Shown here in pieces: positions 50,320-60,813 of a stretch of 64,000 bases of DNA. A model generated the notes under the pieces. The model saw nothing but the letters and a program-made list of their open reading frames with translations, searched no databases and had not been told where the DNA came from. Source of the DNA: Heterodontus francisci (lineage: Eukaryota). Both the position numbers and the translations under genes were made by a program. Where the stretch lies: positions 108,334,407 through 108,398,406 of the forward strand of contig NC_090377.1 of NCBI RefSeq assembly GCF_036365525.1. Reading direction: 5' to 3'. Position 1 is the first letter of the stretch. Each line of letters starts with the position of its first letter.

Positions 50320-50604
50320 AGATACGGCAGAAGGGGATGGTATAGGCATTGCAGGAAGAAGCATGGTTCAAGAAGAGGAGGAAGATGGTGGAGGCGTCGT
50401 TGGGGCCGAAGATGGAACAACAGACGACGATGGAATTACAACAGGTACAACATGTACAAGAGAGGAATATATGGCTTTCGTTCTGGAGGGGGATCTACAC
50501 TTACAAATCACCAAGACAGAACATACATGCGAGTTAGGAGCAGGAGTAGGCCACTCGGCCCTTCGAGCCTGCTCTGCCATTCAATTAGTTCAGGGCTAAA
50601 CTGA
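50320..50604 (+). CDS. SPP2-like gene exon 5: Arg/Trp/Gly-rich cationic C-terminal peptide (3' boundary uncertain: stop at 50602-50604 or donor after 50444)
   Basis: Acceptor ttaatttag|AGA in phase 0 matches the exon 4 donor. Open frame RYGRRGWYRHCRKKHGSRRGGRWWRRRWGRRWNNRRRWNYNRYNMYKRGIYGFRSGGGSTLTNHQDRTYMRVRSRSRPLGPSSLLCHSISSGLN*. Absent from the ORF track because it has no 5' start codon. Confidence 0.7.
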   Translation, partial: RYGRRGWYRHCRKKHGSRRGGRWWRRRWGRRWNNRRRWNYNRYNMYKRGIYGFRSGGGSTLTNHQDRTYMRVRSRSRPLGPSSLLCHSISSGLN

Positions 50605-50660
50605 TTACTCCACATTTCCACCTGCCCCCGATAACCTTTCACCCCCTTGCTTATCAGAAG
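50530..50660 (-). mobile_element. CR1 3'-tail fragment overlapping the read-through end of exon 5
   Basis: aggagcaggagtaggccactcggcccttcgagcctgctctgccattcaat...ccccgataacctttcaccccc, near-identical to 20040-20165. Confidence 0.85.
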
Positions 50661-51179
50661 GAACTGGAGAGAGTAAAATACAGATTTAGTAAATACCACC
50701 AGAGATTATTTGTCACATTTTATTTTTGTCTCATTTCTGTGGTCACTGTATACATAACATTAAAACTGGTCTGCAATGATATTTATCCCCACACGAGCAA
50801 TATCCCAATCCCAGGTGCTTGCCCAGTTCCCATATCCCTTTATCCCCCTTTCATTCAACCTCCTATTTAACCTACTAACTTATCTTTAAGCTTTGACATG
50901 GTCTATTGTGTGGTTTTGTTGGCAGTAACATTTTGGGTTTGGTTTTTCTATTATTTTGATCTTGTATATCTCTCTACGGTCACCTCTCATATGCTGCCTT
51001 TCAAAGCTGAAAAACACAAAGTCTTTCTTTATAACTCAGTTCTCTGACACCACAGATCAGACTCACTTTCTGAACTGCCTCCAGGATTTTAATGTTTCTC
51101 TTTTGCCTCTCACCAGAAATGGTCACAGTACTCAAAGTGTGGTCTATCGAGAGCACAATAAGCATGAATTCGTCTACCT

Positions 51180-51920
51180 GTTTTTTTCATTCGTTCATGG
51201 GATGTGGGCAGCACTGGCAAGGCGAGCAGTTATTGCCCATCCCTAATTCCGCTTGTGAAGTTAGTGGTATGTCACCTTCTTGAACCGCTGGAGTCCACGT
51301 GGTGTAGGTACATGCACAGTGCTGTTAGGGAGGGAGTTCTAGATATTGACTCAGTCACAGTGAAGGAATGGTGATATATATCCATGTCAGTATGGTCTCT
51401 AACTCGGAGGCAACTTGCAGGTGGTGGTGTTCCCACAGACCAACTGCCCTTATTTGTCCAGGTCTTTAAGGTCATGTGTTTGGAAGATGCTGTAGAAGGA
51501 GGCTCGGTGAGTTGCTGCAGTGCATCTTGTAGATGGTACACACTGCTGCCACTGTGTGCTGATGGCGGAGAACATGAATGTTTAATGTGGTGGATGGGGT
51601 GACAATCAAGTGGGCTGCTTTGACCTGACTGGTGTAGCGCTTCTTCAGTATTGTTGGAGCTGCATTCATCCAGGCAAGTAGAGAGTATTCCTTCACACTC
51701 CTGACTTATACCTTGAAAGTGGTGGAAAGGCTTTGGGGAGTCAGGAACTGGGTTACTGGCTGCATAATTCCCAGCCTCAAATCTGCTCTTGTAACCACAG
51801 TATTTATGTGCTGGTCCAGTTAAGTTTGCGGTCAATGGTGACCCATAGGTTGGAGGTGGTGGGGAATTCTGCCATGGTAATATTGTTGAATATCAAGTGG
51901 AAATGTTTAGATTCTCTCGA
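51180..51920 (-). mobile_element. Non-LTR LINE 3' fragment (same family as 35710-36330)
   Basis: VTIDRKLNW and MKEYSLLAWMNAAPTILKK, with the reverse-complement tail. Confidence 0.78.
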
Positions 51921-51929
51921 TGGCACAAA

Positions 51930-52695
51930 ACCAAGTAAAGAAACAAAAGATGTGTCTGGGTGAAGTGCAAATGACAGGACAACAACTGCCAAATGCAAAG
52001 TAAAGGGATTAAGATAGAAATGGTGGGAGGAAAACAAAAAAAACCCCAAAAAAACAAACATCCTTTAGATGCTCGGTGCAATCTGGTGACAAATTGTGCA
52101 AGTTTCCCCATCTGTCTGCTTCATTTGTTGGAAAACATGCCACTGAAATGTTGCATTCATCTTCACCACACAATTGTTTAATGCATCCATGGCCTTGTCA
52201 TAATCATCCCATTCTCCTGTGTCATTAAGTGTTTTAAATGTCTCCCTCACTGATGCCCGAGCATTGTAGAGCAACAAAGCTTTCTGTTGTGCTCTCTGCG
52301 CCAACCTCGCCCCATCGTGAAACAGGCCCCTGTTGTCCGCATAATCGTCAAACTCCTCCATCCATGTGCCCCATCGCACACTTACTACACTGGCATCACC
52401 ATTGGGATCAAACTGATTTACACCTCTATTCCCAGCAGATTCTAGTCCACCAAAAGCCATACCTAACTGCAACCTAATTCAATATTTTAGTCCGCGTTGC
52501 CATTGTTGGATCCTCCAATAATGATACTTTATAAAACTGAGGCGTAACTTGATTCACAGACATTATTCAGCGATCTTTGCTCTCCAGATACTGTCCTTTA
52601 ACATGTGCTATCTGACCTTTAACATCTGGGCCTGATGACCTCCTAACTAGTACAGAAAGCACTGCACAGTATCTAATATTCAAGTCGACATAACA
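51930..52695 (-). mobile_element. Gypsy LTR-element remnant (LTR about 52504-52695, PBS, gag fragment)
   Basis: Gag-like FDPNGD...RWGTWMEEF...QKALLLY...DDYDKAMDALN...FQQMKQTDGET; PBS-like TGGCAACGCGGAC on the - strand at about 52490-52502. Confidence 0.7.
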
Positions 52696-52904
52696 CTGAG
52701 TTATCATCATGACAGACACTTCCAGAATTAAACAATTAACTCAATGGTGTCACCATAAATACCCCAAGGTAAGTACACATCTTTTCCAACAACAGCCACT
52801 TTCTACACATGTATGCAAGACAAAGACACTTTGATTTTACCGAGAAGAGATTTTTCAGCTCACTCACTAACTGAATATTGATCACCAAAAACTTCTTAGA
52901 AATT

Positions 52905-53345
52905 TTCTTTGGCCTCCTTCGCTCGAGAGACAATGGGTAAGCGCCTGGAGGTGGTCAGTGGTGTGTGGAGCAGTGCCTGGAGTGGCTATAAAGGCCAATT
53001 GTAGAGTGACAGGCTATTCCACAGGTGCTGCAAAAAAATTTGTTTGTCGGGGCTGTTACACAGTTGGCTCTCCCCTTGCGCTTCTGCCTTTTTTCCTGCC
53101 AACTGCTAAGTCTCTTCGACTCGCCACACTTTAGCCCCGCCTTTATGGCTGCCCGCCAGCGCTGGCGAATGCTGGCAACTGACTCCTACGACTTGTGATC
53201 AATGTCACAGGACTTCATATCGCGTTTGCAGACGTCTTTGAAGCGGAGACATGGACGGCCGGTGGGTCTGATACCAGTGGCGAGCTCACTGTACAATGTG
53301 TCTTTGGGGATCCTGCCATCTTCCATGCGGCTCACATGGCCATGG
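52905..53345 (-). mobile_element. RTE-clade LINE 3' fragment
   Basis: Minus-strand translation GHVSRMEDGRIPKDTLYSELATGIRPTGRPCLRFKDVCKRDMK. Confidence 0.85.
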
Positions 53346-53411
53346 TTATCTAGTATTCAGATAAAACTACTGCAGATTCTCAATGAATTAATTTTGCTGA
53401 TTTAATTACAG

Positions 53412-53970
53412 AGTTTAAGAAAACTGAAGAGTGGATGGAGATAACAAGCAAACGTGAAAAACAGGGAGAAAATTCCAGATGGCTTAAAGAGTTTAATTTT
53501 AAAACATTATGTTTCACACTTAGTTAGAAGTAGGTTACAGTTTAATTGTTAGTATGTTAGAATATAGTTTATTACACTGGTGTTCTTGATATCATTACTA
53601 CTCAGAAATATGCCAATTAACTAAATCATGTGATATATTCCATACCAGATGTCAATGTGAAATCAGACAATAAACAGAATATTAATAATTGTATCACTGT
53701 GGCTCTTTCACTTTTGTAAAACAATATGAGAGGAACTCATATTATTGTATCTATTGCCTTATACGGTAAAACTGTTCACAATCTGACTTCTTAACTGCTT
53801 TGTCCTGTTCTAATTAAACTCTAATTACCACAACCATTTTGGTTAGGCTGGCTCTGAATGTCTTACAAGGCCATTAATCAAATACACTACAAGTAAAAGA
53901 TCAGAGGCGCAGAAAGTCAAATCGGCAGAAAAACAGCATGAAAACAATAAACTCTTCATTAACTCCTGAT
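53412..53970 (+). other. Candidate terminal / 3'UTR exon of the SPP2-like gene
   Basis: Acceptor ttttgctgatttaattacag| at 53411, followed by AT-rich unique sequence with AATAAA at 53669 and 53946. Reads A-GTT-TAA in phase 2 (fits the AACAG|gtacaa donor at 50444) or SLRKLKSGWR* in phase 0. Confidence 0.4.
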
Positions 53971-55162
53971 AACACTGAAGCTGAAGAAGTGTGTTTAACA
54001 TAAACTGATACATGAGGCTTAATCTGTTCCTGTGAAGGTTCCAGATGTATCTATTACAGATTTTGGAACTGCTTTAGATATTCTCTTCGATTAGCATCAT
54101 CAATGCCTCTCATAAGCAGACGTATGACCCTTGGAATCAGGAATTAACTTTTGCTATCCAAGATCTAGATATGTAACATGGGATGTGTAACAGTAAAATC
54201 CTCTGGTTCATATGAATTTAACAAATGATCCTTGTACATGAGAGTTCCTGTGCTGCTCTTTTCTTCCAAAAGGGAAATGGGTTACCACTTTAGTGAGATG
54301 AAGCCAGATAAAAGAATTATTAAGCTGCTTTGTTTTATATTCAATACATTTAATCTTACTTTAACTCATATCATTTTCTCCTTCTCCTGAAGAACTATCT
54401 CTGTAACTCTCTGGTCAGACCAAAGTATTCTCCGAACTTAGTTGTCGCCCTTCTTTATGTTGATAGACGGAGGCCCTTACAGCTTCCTTTGGCAGATTTT
54501 TTTCCAAGAGACCTGTAAGACTGGATGCTTGTTCCTTTTGTGTTCTCTCTGGACAGGAATTTGGCAGTTCGTCGCCTTACTCTTCCCCTAACCTTGCGTT
54601 GCCAGTTGAACTGGTCATTATCCAGCTACCACCTTCTCGAGTGGATTTCTACCTGATAATCTCATGCTGTTTGCACAAGCACATGTTTTCTCACATCATC
54701 TCATGTATGCATATTACAGGAAGCATTGAAAATTAAATCAGAGGCTCCTTACTGTCCCTGATTGTTATGGAAAGCAGTTTCAATAGAAGATTCATTATTA
54801 TACAAATGCTTTCCTTGTGTCAAAAATTCCTTTGGGGATTCCAATGGAATTCCTAAATCTGGATGAGAAAGAGGAAGGAAACATGGGTGAAGATGGATTA
54901 CATCACAGAAGGGTTGCCTAGCAGTCGCTAAGTGACAAAACATTTACTTAAGAGAGAATTCTGAGCTCTCCACCAACAGTCCTGTTTTATTATTTACAAT
55001 CATATCATGATCAACATGGGCCATCCATTACCATCTGCTGCACCTTGACTATAATACATCACCATGCACCTGTTGATTACTATACTAATGTGCCTCGCCA
55101 AAGGAACAGTTGAGCTGAGACTTGAAGAAATTTTTACCATTTAATTTCTGTACCAGTACATT

Positions 55163-56627
55163 GAGGACTGGAGGAGAGCTAACGTTGTACCATTGCTTAA
55201 AAATGGAGAAAGGGATAGACCAAGTAATTACAGGCCAGTCAGCCTAACCTCAATGGCGGGAAAATTATTGGGAAAAATTCTGAGGGACAGGATAAATCCT
55301 TACTTAGAAAAACAAAGATTAATCAAAGATAATCAACAGAGATTTGTTAAAGGAAAGTCATGTCTGACTAACATGATTGTATTTTTCGAAGAGGTAACAA
55401 GGATGGTCGATGAGGCTAGTGCATTTGATGTAGTCTATATGGATGTTAGCAAGGCTTTTGATAAGGTCCCACATGGCAGACTGTTCATGAAAGTAAAAGC
55501 CATGGGATCCAAGGGAAAGTGGCAAGTTGGATCCAAGATTGTCCCAGAGGCAGGAAGCAAATGATAATGATTGATGGACATTTATGTGACTGGAAGCTAT
55601 TTCCTGTGGATTTCCGCAAGGCTCAACAGCAGATCGTATGCTTTTTGTGGCGTATATCAATGATTTGGACTTGAATTAGGGGTATGATGAAGAAGTTTGC
55701 AGATGATACAAGAATTGGCTGTGTGATTGATAATGAAGAATAAAGCTGTAGAGTGCAGGAACGTATCAATGGACTAGTCAGTTGGGTGGACCAGTTGTGA
55801 ATGGAGTTCAATCAGGAGAAGTGTGAGGTAATGCATTTTTGGGAGGCTAATAAGGTAAGGAAATGCACAATAAATGGTAGGATGCTAAGAGGTATAAATA
55901 TACGTTGTTGTTGTTGATACACTAAGAAGTGTAGAGGAATAGAGGGACCTTGGAGAGTGTGCCCACAGATCCCTGAAGGTGGCTGGACAGTTCAATAAAG
56001 TCATCAAGAAGGTAAATGGGATACTTGCCTTTATTATCCGAGGCATAGGATATAAGAGCAGAGAGATTATGCTGGAACTGTATAAAACACTGGTTAGGCC
56101 ACAGCTGAAGTACTGTGTGCAGTTCTGGTCACCGCACTGGGAAGATGTGATTGCACTGGAGAGGGTAGAGAGGAGATTTATGAGGATGCTGCCTGGACTG
56201 GAGAATTTTAGCAATGAGGAAAGATTGGATGGGAGGGGGCTGTTTTCTTTGGAACAGAGGAGGCTGAGGGGAGACCTAATTGAAGTGTGTAAAACTATGA
56301 GGGGTCTGGAGAGAGTGGATAGGAAGGCTCAATTTCCCTTGGTTAAGGAGTCCATAACCACGGTGCATCGATTTAAGTTAAGAGGATGGTGGTTTCGAGG
56401 GGATTTGAGGGGAAATGTTTTCATCAAGAAGGTGGTGGGGATCTGGACCTCACTGCCTGAAAGGGTGGTTAGAGGCAGAAACCCTAATAGCATTTAAAAA
56501 GTAATTGGATATGCAATTAGCCTACAAGAGCTGGGAAGTGGAATTAGGGTGGATGGCTACTTGCCAGCTGGTGAGGACACATCGGCCAAATGGTCTCCTC
56601 TGTGCTGTAAATTTCTATGATTCTATG
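55163..56627 (+). mobile_element. CR1 LINE inserted into the duplicated block
   Basis: NYRPVSLTS, KAFDKVPH and YCVQFWSP; ttctatgattctatga tail. Absent from the paralogous copy at 1-370. Confidence 0.9.
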
Positions 56628-57119
56628 AGTATGTGACATCAATGTTTTGCACTATGATACTTCTCCTTGGTGACAGTCAGTGGGGTGGACCTTTGTGAAA
56701 TCATTCTGTTGGTCTTTTGAAGTACAGCCTAGGTGTTATGAATAAGTGTGGTAACAGGTTGCTGCTGTTAATTGGGATTCACGTGATGGATGCACCATTG
56801 TGCTCAGTTCTAAGATGACCCTGCAGCCACAGATAGTGTTTCCGACTGACTTCCTGCTGCCTTACTGGCACTCACATCGTCCTTCCAGGTGACTGGCTAA
56901 GTTGGCTCGATGTGATGCCAGCTTCAGGGAGCTGCCTCATTAATAACCAGGAAATAGGGGTCCTACTGGGCACATTGACATCTATGCTGATTGCCTGTTT
57001 GGTGTCATAAAATCAAAGAAAGTTTACGCCACAGAGAGAGGCCATAAAATGACAAATTGGTCAAACTTCGAGAGGATAAAACGCTTGCTTGAATGGATTG
57101 CATCCACATATACTAAAAG

Positions 57120-57950
57120 AAACAAGACAGCTAATGATTGGCATCCTTCCATCTATGAAAGATGATGGACATGCAGCAAACAATCCATTTAAGTGGGGTG
57201 TCAACACTTGATGCACCTTTGTTGATGGTTGTGAAGGCCAATCCTTGAGATGCAGTTTCTGCCACAAGTGCTGCATGTGAAGCTGCCAAGTGATGCTGTG
57301 AGTTGTTGTTTTTGATGTTGTAGCCTGTTGTCAAGTTGCTGTTGCAACTGGTCATGGTGGTAGTGCACACCAGTCCACGGGATGTGTTGCCATTTCACTC
57401 TTTCACCAGTTAGTGACTCCCAAGTGAGATAGTCAGCATTTAGGGCCTTCATGTCACGCTTGCAGAGCTTTGGGCTAAGGCCTGCTCAGGTCAGGGGAAA
57501 AAAACCTGACCCGAACCTGACAGGACCACATTGGAGCCAAGCCCGACCCGACCCGACCCAAATCCCTCCAATATTTCCCGAGCCCGATCCGCCCCGATCC
57601 AAGTCTGACCCAACCACCGGAATGTTCCTTTTACTTACCGTGCGACTCCCAATCTTCAAGAAGCTGCAGCATGAGCGTGATGACGTCATAGAGACGCTCA
57701 CTCGATCACTGTGCAGACTCAGTTTTCTTCTTTGATGTCCCGGGCTCCCAGCTCAGGTAAGTTTTTTACTTTTAACTCTTCTTGCTGTGTGTGTCTGACC
57801 TGGACCCAGCCTGACGCAGACCTGGCCCAACACGGACCCAGCCCGACCCGACCCGACCCGACCCGGTCGGGTAGCAGACCTTTACTTTGGGCACCCCGCT
57901 GTCGTCTGGCCCCAGCTACCTCACCATACAGAAGGTCTTTGGGTATGTGA
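57120..57950 (-). mobile_element. RTE-like LINE 3' fragment split by a hAT MITE
   Basis: PKLCKRDMKALNADYLTWESL...FTCSTCGRNCISRIGLHNHQQRC (C-terminal zinc finger). Confidence 0.75.
57476..57884. mobile_element. Non-autonomous hAT element (MITE)
   Basis: Perfect 8-bp TSD CTTTGGGC (57468-57475, 57885-57892), TIRs taaggcctgct / agcagaccttta, and subterminal CCCGA repeats. Confidence 0.85.
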
Positions 57951-58399
57951 ATGTTATTATAGTATTTAAAAAGGGAGGTAGAACAGGTTCAGAGATTGAC
58001 AGACCAATTCATTTACCATAAATGGTTGGAAGGACATTGGAATCTTTACTCAAAGATGTAACAGAAAAATATCTAGAAAATGAAATAGAATAAAGAATAA
58101 TCAGTATGGATTTCAAGTGAGAAGGTCATGCTTGAACAACCTTATTCTAAAGATGTTAGAAGAAGAGTAGGTAAGGGTAAAGTAGCAGATGCAATACAAC
58201 ATAGAGTGGTTGAGGCAAATATTGTAGACACATTTAAAGGGAAGCAAGATAAATACATGAGGGAGAAATGAAGAGAAGGATGGGCACAGAGGGTTAGATG
58301 GAGTAGAGTGGCAGCAAACTTGTATGTAGCCTAAACACCAGCAGGGACCCATTGGGCAAAATGGCCTGTTTCTCTGCTGTTTATTCTGACGATCCCAAC

Positions 58400-58900
58400 G
58401 ACAAGAACAACTTATATTTATAGAGCACTTTTAATATAATAAAGCTTCTTAAGTAGCTTCACTATGAAGCAAAACTTGACACATAAGTAGTTATTGGAGC
58501 AGATGACGAAAAACTGGGTCAAAAAGGTAGCTTTAAAGGAGTGTCTTAAAGGAGAAAAATGAGGTAGAGAGGCAGAAAGGTTCAGGGAGGGAATTCCAGA
58601 GCTTAGGGCCCTGGCATGGCCACTGATGGTGGAGTGATTAAAATCAGGGATGCTCAAGAGGCCGGAAATAGAGGAGCTCAGATATCTCAGAGGGTTGTGG
58701 GACTGGAAGAAATTGCAGAGATAAGAAGGGGTGAGACCATGGAGTGAGTTGAAAACAAGCACAAGAATTTTGAAGTTGAGGTATTGCTTAACTGGGAATC
58801 AATCGAGGCCAGTGAGGACAGGGGTGATAGTGAACATGATTTGATGCGAGTTAAGACACAGGCAGCAGAGTTTTAGATGAGCTTAAGATTATGGTGTATA
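58400..58900 (-). mobile_element. L2 LINE 3' fragment
   Basis: LVFNSLHGLTPSYL...LSSSISGLLSIP. Related fragments lie at about 24480-24620 and 30190-30430. Confidence 0.75.
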
Positions 58901-59069
58901 GAACTCTTTCACAGTAGATAGTACAGCTCGGCATCTGTGACTATGACCCTTCACAGGCAGCATTGCTTGTAGGTATGTTTAGTGGCATCTTGGTGGCTGT
59001 TTTCAATCAGGACATACTGGCTACGGAGACTCCTCTCATCCCTCTTTCGTGCAGTGCCATTGAAAGTAT

Positions 59070-60340
59070 AAACTAGAAACATAGGAGCACAGGAAATAGG
59101 AGCAGGAGTAGGTCATTTGGCCGGTTGAGCCTGGTCCGCCATTCAAACAGATCATAGCTGATCATCTACTGCTACGTCATTTCCCCCCCACAATCCTCAT
59201 ATCCCTAGTTGTCATTAGTATCCAGAAATCTTTCGATTTCTGTCTTGAACATGTTCAATGATTGAGCTTCCACAATCCTCTGGGGTAGAGAATTCCAACA
59301 ATTCATCACCCTCTGAGTAAAGAAATTCCTCCTCACCTCAGTCTTCAATGGCCTGCCCCTTATTCTGAGACTGTGTCTCCTGGTTCTAGACTCACCAGCC
59401 AGAAGGAACATCCTATCCACATCCACCCTGTCACGCCCTGCAAGAATTTTGTCAGTTTCAGTGAGATCACCTTTCATTCTTCAAAACTCTAGAGAATACA
59501 GGCCCAGTTTCTGTAATCTCTCCTCGTACGACAATCCTGCCATCCCAGGGATTAGTCTGGTGAACCTCCAATGCACTCCCTCTATGAAGTATATCCTTCC
59601 TTAGATAAGGAGACCAAAACTGTACACAATTCTCATGGTGTGGACTCACCAATGCTCTGTACAATTTCAGCAAAACATCTTTACTCCTGTCCTCAAATCC
59701 CCTTGCAATGAAGACCAACATACCATTTGCCTTCCTAATTGCTTGCTGCACCTGCATGCTAGCTTGTAGTGACTCATGAACAAGGATACCTAGGCCCCTT
59801 TGGACATCAACACTTCCCACCCTCTCACCATTTAAGAAATACTCTGCCTTTCTGTTTTCGTACCAAAGTGGATCACTTAACAATATATTCCATCTGCCAT
59901 GTTCTTGCCCATCCACTTCGCCTGTCCAAATCCCCTTGAAGCCTCCTTGCATCCTCCTCACAACTTATATTCCCACCTAGTTTTGTGTCCTCAGCAAATT
60001 TGGAAATATTACATTTGGTCCCCACATCCAAATCATTTATATAGATTGTGAACAGTTGTGGCTCAAGCACCGATACTTGCATTACTCCACTAGTAACAGC
60101 CATGCTGAGACTGACCCGTTTATTTCTACTCTCTGCTTTCTGCAAGTTAACCAATTCTCAATCCGTAGCAGTATATTACCCCCAATCCCATGTGCTCTAA
60201 TTTTGTTTACTAACCTCTTGTGTGGGACCTTATTAAAAGCCTTCTGAAAATCCAAATCCACCACATTCACTGGTTCTCCTTTATCTATGCGACAAGTAAC
60301 ATCCTCAAAAAAGTGCAACAGTTTTGTCAAACATGATTTC
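59070..60340 (-). mobile_element. CR1 LINE 3' part
   Basis: DFQKAFNKVPH, KFAEDTK and FFTQRVMNCWNSLP. Confidence 0.9.
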
Positions 60341-60813
60341 TTATAAGATGATTACAAGTATCCAGCATAATAGCTTTCAGACATTCACATATCTTATTTG
60401 TACCTTGGAACCTGTTGTTCCAGCATCCATTGGAAAATGGAATCTCCACATTCACCAATCTCATTTGAGATAGGAAGCTATCTCTATCTGTCTGTAGTAC
60501 CGGAGTATGGGCACAGATAGAATGGTGCTGGTTGCTTGATGCATGGTGGCCAAGAATCCAGGAGAGCTAACTTCTCTGCTTCATTCCATGGGAACTTTTA
60601 CAATGGCCTGTTCAAGGAGGTTGGGCCTTAGCTTAACATCTCATGCCAAAGGCGGTATCTCTGACAATGAAGCATTCCCTTAGTCCATCAACATAGGATC
60701 AGGCTAGGATATGTGCTGGATTGCAAATTCTTGTGTACAGATTGATCTGTGGAGCATCTTTCCATAAAATATCTGCTTCTTCTTCCTAACATCTTGTTCC
60801 AATTGGAAAAAAA

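Noticed and set aside
50349-50599. ORF-track proteins MQEEAWFKK... and MVQEEEEDGG...
   Set aside because: Neither frame matches the phase-0 donor of exon 4 at the tttag acceptor, and neither has promoter support. They are probably alternative frames of the Arg/Trp exon.
25140-50604. Calling the gene a bona fide cathelicidin ortholog
   Set aside because: The separate phase-1 signal exon, the exon sizes, the CRKDSG motif and the S-x-E cluster fit SPP2 better. The cathelicidin resemblance is architectural until a phylogeny is run.
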